Part shown: positions 59,221-64,000 of the stretch, one piece after another
Layout of the letters: each line of letters begins with the position of its first letter
Position numbering within the stretch: the first letter of the stretch is position 1
Origin: Burkholderiales bacterium
Lineage (GTDB): Bacteria; Pseudomonadota; Gammaproteobacteria; Burkholderiales; SG8-39
Length of the DNA: 64,000 bases
Assembly (NCBI GenBank): GCA_050246035.1
Contig: JBFWWT010000006.1
Coordinates: 6,802-70,801 of the forward strand
Direction: 5' to 3'
Program-made: the position numbers and the translations under genes
Notes under the pieces: model-generated
Told to the model about the DNA's origin: nothing
The model's database searches: none
What the model saw: only the letters and a program-made list of their open reading frames with translations

Positions 59221-60686
59221 CAGCGCGCCATGATAAGCACAATGAGCGCCGCCGCAAGCAGCGCCGCGACGAGCGCGAGCAGCCGGTTGCGGCGCGCGCC
59301 CTGCGCGGCGAGCCGATCGAGCGCCGCGTCGATCGAGGCGAGCCGGTCCTCGGCGAGCAGGCGGTGCGCCAGGCGCGGCAGCTGCGGCAGCGTCGCCGCC
59401 CAGTAGGGCGCCTCCTGGCGCAGCGCCTTCACGAGGCCCCGCCAGCCGACCTGCTCGCTCATCCAGCGCTCGAGGTAGGGCTTGGCGGTCGCCCACAGGT
59501 CGAGGTCCGGGTCGAGCTCGCGTCCGAGCCCCTCGATGTTGAGCAGCGTCTTCTGCAGCATCACCAGCTGCGGCTGGATCTCGACGTTGAAGCGCCGCGA
59601 GGTCTGGAAGAGCCGCAGCAGCAGCTTGCCGAAGTAGATCTCCTTCAGCGGCCGCGCAAAGATCGGCTCGCACACCGCGCGGATCGCGCCCTCGAAGTCG
59701 TCCAGCCGGGTGCCCTCGGGCACCCAGCCCGCGTCCAGGTGGGCCTGCGCCACGCGCCGGTAGTCGCGGTTGAAGAAGGCGAGGAAGTTCTGCGCGAGGT
59801 AGTTCTGGTCGGTGGCGGTGAGCGTGCCCATGATGCCGAAGTCGAGCGCGACGTAGCGGCCGTCGTCGGTGACCAGGATGTTGCCGGGGTGCATGTCGGC
59901 GTGGAAGAAGCCGTCGCGGAACACCTGCGTGAAGAAGATCTCCACGCCGGCGCGCGCCAGGCGCGGGATGTCGACGCCCTTCTCGCGCAGCCGCGCCACC
60001 TGCGACACCGGCGTGCCGTGCATGCGCTCCATGACCATCACGCGCCGCGCGCACCACTCCCAGTGCACGCGCGGCACCACGAGCAGGGGCGAGCCCTCGA
60101 AATTGCGCGCGAGCTGGCTCGCGTTGGCGGCTTCGCGCAGCAGGTCGAGCTCTTCGTCCAGGTGATGCGCGAATTCGGCCACCACCTCGCGGGGCTTCAG
60201 GCGCCGGCCGTCGGCCCACAGCCGCTCCAGCAGCCACGCCGCCGAGCGCAGCATGGCGACGTCGCGCGCGATCGCGCGCTCCACGTCCGGGCGCAGCACT
60301 TTCACCGCCACCTCGGTGCCGTCGAGCAGCGTGCCGAGGTGCACCTGCGCGATGGAGGCGCTCGCCACCGGCTCGGCCTCCAGCGTCGCGAACACCTCCT
60401 CGATCGGGCTGCCGACGCCGCGCGCAATCTCGGTGCGCGCCGCCTCCGCGGGAAACGGCGGCACGCGGTCCTGCAGCTTCGCCAGCTCGTCGGCGAGGTC
60501 GAGCGGCAGCAGGTCGCGCCGCGTGGAGAGCACCTGCCCGAACTTGACGAAGATGGGGCCGAGCGCCTCGAGCGCCTCTCGCAATCGCACCGCGCGCCCC
60601 GGGTCCTCTTCGCGCGCGAAGCGCGGCAGGAACCGGTACAGCCGGAAGCGCAGCGCGATCGCGAGGATGCGCGCGAGCCGCCTCAC
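59220..60686 (-). CDS. ubiB: Ubiquinone biosynthesis protein kinase-like UbiB (ABC1 family)
   Basis: [26 protein letters not shown] and [10 protein letters not shown] motifs. Confidence 0.9.
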   Translation of the reverse strand: MRRLARILAIALRFRLYRFLPRFAREEDPGRAVRLREALEALGPIFVKFGQVLSTRRDLLPLDLADELAKLQDRVPPFPAEAARTEIARGVGSPIEEVFATLEAEPVASASIAQVHLGTLLDGTEVAVKVLRPDVERAIARDVAMLRSAAWLLERLWADGRRLKPREVVAEFAHHLDEELDLLREAANASQLARNFEGSPLLVVPRVHWEWCARRVMVMERMHGTPVSQVARLREKGVDIPRLARAGVEIFFTQVFRDGFFHADMHPGNILVTDDGRYVALDFGIMGTLTATDQNYLAQNFLAFFNRDYRRVAQAHLDAGWVPEGTRLDDFEGAIRAVCEPIFARPLKEIYFGKLLLRLFQTSRRFNVEIQPQLVMLQKTLLNIEGLGRELDPDLDLWATAKPYLERWMSEQVGWRGLVKALRQEAPYWAATLPQLPRLAHRLLAEDRLASIDAALDRLAAQGARRNRLLALVAALLAAALIVLIMAR

Positions 60687-61252
60687 GTCATCCGCCCGAT
60701 GCGCTGCTCGAGCCGCTCGAGCGCGTCGCGCAAGGTGGCGACCTCGGCGGCGAGCGCGCCGTGCTCGGCGCGCGAAGCGAGCAGTCGCGCCTCGTGCTGC
60801 GCGTAGTCCATGACGCTTTCGGCGAGGCGCCTGGCCGCGTCGAGCTGCCAGCTCGCGACATCGCGCGCCAGCCCCATCAGGCGATGCGCCGCGGCGTCGC
60901 CCACGAGGCGCGAAAGGTCTTCCTCGGCGTCCCAGCGCAGGTGCCGCGCCAGATGCAGGATCTCGCGCGCGAGGGCGTCGTTGCCCTGGATCGCCACGCT
61001 GCGCATGAAGTACTCCTCGCCGCGCGCGAGCGCCGTCAGCGACGCCGGCGCAAGCGTCAGCACAAGGCCGGCCTCGCCGCCGCCCGGCGCGAGGCGAGCG
61101 CCCTCGCCGATCGCCAGGCGCAGCGCCGGCAGCGGCGGCGCGCGCAGCTCCACGGTCTCGCCGGCGAAGGGCGCGAGGCGCTCGCGCGCCCAGGTCTCGC
61201 GCTCCAGCAATCGGTTGAGCGCCGCGGCGAGCGGCGTTTCCAGGGCGGCCAT
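60683..61252 (-). CDS. ubiJ: Ubiquinone biosynthesis accessory factor UbiJ (SCP2-like)
   Basis: 189 aa counted from the ATG at 61252, located between the Tim44-like gene and ubiB. N-terminal SCP2-like region and C-terminal helix. Confidence 0.7.
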   Translation of the reverse strand: MAALETPLAAALNRLLERETWARERLAPFAGETVELRAPPLPALRLAIGEGARLAPGGGEAGLVLTLAPASLTALARGEEYFMRSVAIQGNDALAREILHLARHLRWDAEEDLSRLVGDAAAHRLMGLARDVASWQLDAARRLAESVMDYAQHEARLLASRAEHGALAAEVATLRDALERLEQRIGRMT

Positions 61253-61302
61253 GAAAGCAAAAAGGGCCACCCTAGGGTGGCCCTCGCGGAAGTATAGAGC
61301 GA

Positions 61303-62139
61303 TCAGTGCATCTGCTGGATGCCGGCGAGGAGCCAGCCGCTCGAGCCGTCGACCGGCTTGACCAGGTTCCAGACCTCCTCGAAGCCCGCCGGCTCGGCGC
61401 CCGGCGCCTCGCGCACCAGGCCCGAGAAGCGCACGCTCGCCCAGTGACGTGCGCCCTCGGTGGCGACCTCGAGCAGATCCGCGTGCAGCGTGACGACGTC
61501 GGTCTGCTGCCCGCCGCCCGCGCCGCTGCGCAGCGCCTCGAACATTTCGCTCGTGGTCACCTCGCGCAGCTCGTCCAGGCGCCCGCTGTCGTTCGCCATC
61601 TGCAGCCGGATGAAGTTCTCCTTCGCCGCGCGCACGAACGCCGTCGCGTCGAATCCGGCCGGCAGGCGCACGCGCGGCCCGGTGTCCGGCATGCGCGCAT
61701 CGAAGCCCGCGGCCTGCGAGGGCGGGGGCGCCGCCACGGTCTCGCTGCCCAGGCCCGCGTACTGCAGCGGGCCCGGCGCCGGGCGCGGAGCGCGCAGCGC
61801 GCGCACCAGCGCGAACGCGCCCCAGGCGAGCATGCCGATGAACAGTGCCGTGATCAGGGTGCCGAGTATGGGATTGCCGGCGAACAGCGCGCCGATCAGC
61901 CCGCCCAGCGCGAGTCCGCCGAGCAGCGGCATCCACTTGCTGCCCGCCTGCGCGGGTGCGGGGGCGGCCTGCGGCTGCGCCGGCTTGGCCGCGGCCGTTG
62001 CCGGCGGCGGCGACACCGTGCGCTGCACGCCGAGCGATCGCGCGCCGCCGAGCCTTCTTGCTTCCGCCTCCGGCAGCGCCAAGGCGAATCCCAGTGCCAG
62101 CGTCGCGATTCCCAGCCAGAACCTGCTCATGAAGCTCAC
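61303..62139 (-). CDS. Tim44-like domain membrane protein
   Basis: Signal/TM region, Gly- and Ala-rich linker and a C-terminal Tim44-like domain. Conserved position after ubiE. Confidence 0.7.
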   Translation of the reverse strand: MSFMSRFWLGIATLALGFALALPEAEARRLGGARSLGVQRTVSPPPATAAAKPAQPQAAPAPAQAGSKWMPLLGGLALGGLIGALFAGNPILGTLITALFIGMLAWGAFALVRALRAPRPAPGPLQYAGLGSETVAAPPPSQAAGFDARMPDTGPRVRLPAGFDATAFVRAAKENFIRLQMANDSGRLDELREVTTSEMFEALRSGAGGGQQTDVVTLHADLLEVATEGARHWASVRFSGLVREAPGAEPAGFEEVWNLVKPVDGSSGWLLAGIQQMH

Positions 62140-62169
62140 TCTCCTCGTTTGTCCTTTTGTCCTGCCATG

Positions 62170-62904
62170 CTACCCGAGTTTGACGCCGCGGTGCACGGCG
62201 GCGACGCCGCCGCTCAGGTTGAAGTATTCGACCTGCGCGAAGCCCGCCTGTTCCATCATCGCGGCCAGTTCGGCCTGCGCGGGATGGCGGCGGATCGATT
62301 CGGCGAGGTAGCGATAGGCGGCGGCATCGCCCGCCACGCGCTCGCCGAGCCACGGCAGGACGTTGAACGAGTACCACTCGTACGGCTTTTCCAGCGCGGG
62401 CGCGACGCGCGAGAACTCCAGGATCACCAGGCGGCCGCCCGGGCGCAGCACGCGCGCCATCTCGGCGAGCGCGGCATCCTTGTGCGTCATGTTGCGCAGG
62501 CCGAAGGCCACGCTCGCGCAGTCGAAGTAGCCCGGGGGGAACGGCAGGCGCTCGGCGTCGCACTGCACGGCCGGCAGCAGCCGCCCGGCATCGATCAGCC
62601 GGTCGCGTCCGCGCGCGAGCATCGCGCGATTGATGTCGGTCATCCAGACCTCGCCCGATGCGCCGGCGCGCCTGGCGAATGCGCGCGCCAGGTCGCCGCT
62701 GCCCGAGGCGATGTCGAGTACCCGCTCGCCCTCGTGCACCCGGGCGACCTGCACCGCGAATGCCTTCCACAGGCGGTGCAGGCCGAGCGACATGAGGTCG
62801 TTCATCAGGTCGTAGCTCGGCGCGACGCGATCGAACACCCCCGCGACGCGTCGGCGCTTCTCGGCTTCCGGAACCCGCTCGAAGCCGAAATCGGTCTCGC
62901 TCAT
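62170..62904 (-). CDS. ubiE: Ubiquinone/menaquinone C-methyltransferase
   Basis: [16 protein letters not shown] and [12 protein letters not shown] motifs. Confidence 0.95.
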   Translation of the reverse strand: MSETDFGFERVPEAEKRRRVAGVFDRVAPSYDLMNDLMSLGLHRLWKAFAVQVARVHEGERVLDIASGSGDLARAFARRAGASGEVWMTDINRAMLARGRDRLIDAGRLLPAVQCDAERLPFPPGYFDCASVAFGLRNMTHKDAALAEMARVLRPGGRLVILEFSRVAPALEKPYEWYSFNVLPWLGERVAGDAAAYRYLAESIRRHPAQAELAAMMEQAGFAQVEYFNLSGGVAAVHRGVKLG

Positions 62905-62923
62905 AAGTAAGTGGCCGCTTGCG

Positions 62924-63271
62924 CTATCGGCTCTGACCGGCAGCCTCGAGTCGCTTCAGATAGGACTCCCAGCGCGCGTCCTGCTCGAGCCCGAGCTCGT
63001 AGAGATAATCCCAGGAGTAGATGCCGGTGTCGTGCCCGTCGGAAAAGATCGGCTGAATCGCGTAGGACCCCACCGGCTCGACACGGCGGATGTCGACGTC
63101 GCGCTTGCCGACCTGGAGCACCTCCTGGCCGGGGCCGTGGCCGCGAACCTCGGCCGAGGGCGAGAACACCCTCAGGTACTCGTAAGGGAGCCGGAAGCTG
63201 CGTCCGTCATCGAAGGCGACCTCCAGCACCCGGGATTTCTGGTGCAGCTTTATCTCGGTTGGCGTGGGCAT
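62924..63271 (-). CDS. DUF971 (gamma-butyrobetaine hydroxylase-like N-terminal domain) protein
   Basis: 115 aa; [19 protein letters not shown]. Confidence 0.8.
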   Translation of the reverse strand: MPTPTEIKLHQKSRVLEVAFDDGRSFRLPYEYLRVFSPSAEVRGHGPGQEVLQVGKRDVDIRRVEPVGSYAIQPIFSDGHDTGIYSWDYLYELGLEQDARWESYLKRLEAAGQSR

Positions 63272-63337
63272 GACCGGGGGATCATACCGCTCGCGGCTGC
63301 AACATTTCCGTCACAAAATGTTCTTAATATCGTCACC

Positions 63338-64000
63338 ATGCCCGCCAATATCCTTGTCGTGGAGGACGAGCCCGCCATCCAGGAATTGATCGCGGTGAAC
63401 CTGGAGCACGCCGGTCACCACGTGATCCGAGCCGCCGACGCCGAGACCGCGATGGGCGTCGTGAGGAACGCGCTGCCCGACCTGATGCTGATCGACTGGA
63501 TGCTGCCCGGCCTGTCCGGCGTGGCGCTCGCGCGGCAGTTGCGCCAGGACGAGCGCACCCGGGCCATCCCGATCATCCTGCTCACGGCCCGCGGCGCGGA
63601 AGCCGACAAGGTCGCGGGCCTGGACGCGGGCGCGGACGACTACATCACCAAGCCGTTCTCGCCGCGCGAGCTCCTCGCGCGCATCAAGGCGCTGCTGCGG
63701 CGGCGCGCGCCGCAGATGACCGACGATCCGGTGGAGCTGGCCGGACTGCGCCTGGAGCCGGAGACCCGGCGCGTGTACGGGGCGAAGCGCCCCCTCGAGC
63801 TGGGGCCGACCGAGTTCCGGCTCCTGCACTTCCTCATGACGCACGCCGAGCGCGTGCATTCGCGCACGCAGCTCCTCGACCAGGTGTGGGGCGACCACGT
63901 CTTCGTCGAGGAGCGCACGGTCGACGTGCACATCCGGCGGCTGAGAAAGTCGCTGGAGCCTTCGGGCCACGACCGCCTCATCGAGACCGTGCGCGGCTCG
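63338..64000 (+). CDS. phoB: Phosphate regulon response regulator PhoB, 3' end outside the window
   Basis: ILVVEDEPAIQELI, LMLIDWMLPG and DDYITKPFSPRELLARI receiver motifs, followed by an OmpR-type winged helix. The frame is open to the window end and is absent from the ORF track. Confidence 0.9.
   Translation, partial: MPANILVVEDEPAIQELIAVNLEHAGHHVIRAADAETAMGVVRNALPDLMLIDWMLPGLSGVALARQLRQDERTRAIPIILLTARGAEADKVAGLDAGADDYITKPFSPRELLARIKALLRRRAPQMTDDPVELAGLRLEPETRRVYGAKRPLELGPTEFRLLHFLMTHAERVHSRTQLLDQVWGDHVFVEERTVDVHIRRLRKSLEPSGHDRLIETVRGS

Noticed and set aside
63301-63337. Possible Pho box (CCGTCACAAAATGTTCTT) upstream of phoB
   Set aside because: Only about 12 of 18 positions match the remembered E. 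coli consensus, and it sits so close to the ATG that a normal promoter geometry does not fit. This is too weak to call.

Overview
High-GC proteobacterial chromosome; the gene order (gshB-EIIA-ptsH-ptsI, gatCAB next to mreBCD-mrdA-rodA, ubiE-Tim44-ubiJ-ubiB, pilTU) looks betaproteobacterial. It carries one clear accessory element. A 19-bp direct repeat at 1495-1513 and 23136-23154 bounds a ~21.7-kb insertion; the second copy is the 3' end of an intact tRNA-Arg(CCG). From left to right the insertion holds an IS91-family (rolling-circle) IS, about 2 kb of decayed DNA, and a visibly lower-GC aromatic-catabolic cargo. The cargo encodes a class-IA Rieske oxygenase, a TRAP transporter, a LysR regulator, a PDR-type reductase, a PcaH-like intradiol dioxygenase with no PcaG partner, a PcaB-like cycloisomerase, a LigI-like lactone hydrolase, maleylacetate reductase and PcaIJ. 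After the cargo come an AlkB-like hydroxylase whose 5' end lies in a second solo copy of the IS91 right end, a higBA pair, about 1 kb of ORF-poor DNA, and a large serine recombinase whose ORF reads antisense through the att core into the tRNA. The cargo enzyme set does not match the classical beta-ketoadipate route. It resembles the 4-sulfocatechol-type modified ortho pathway, in which a lactone hydrolase eliminates a leaving group to give maleylacetate. This is my best candidate for something not yet described. From 23.2 kb to 64 kb the window is ordinary core genome. Smaller oddities there are a terminator/antiterminator leader before metX, an unknown secreted-protein gene inside the gatCAB operon, and a tightly coupled six-gene operon of unknown function after pilU. 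I found no rRNA genes and no CRISPR arrays. All calls come from reading the sequence and the ORF translations; no searches were run.
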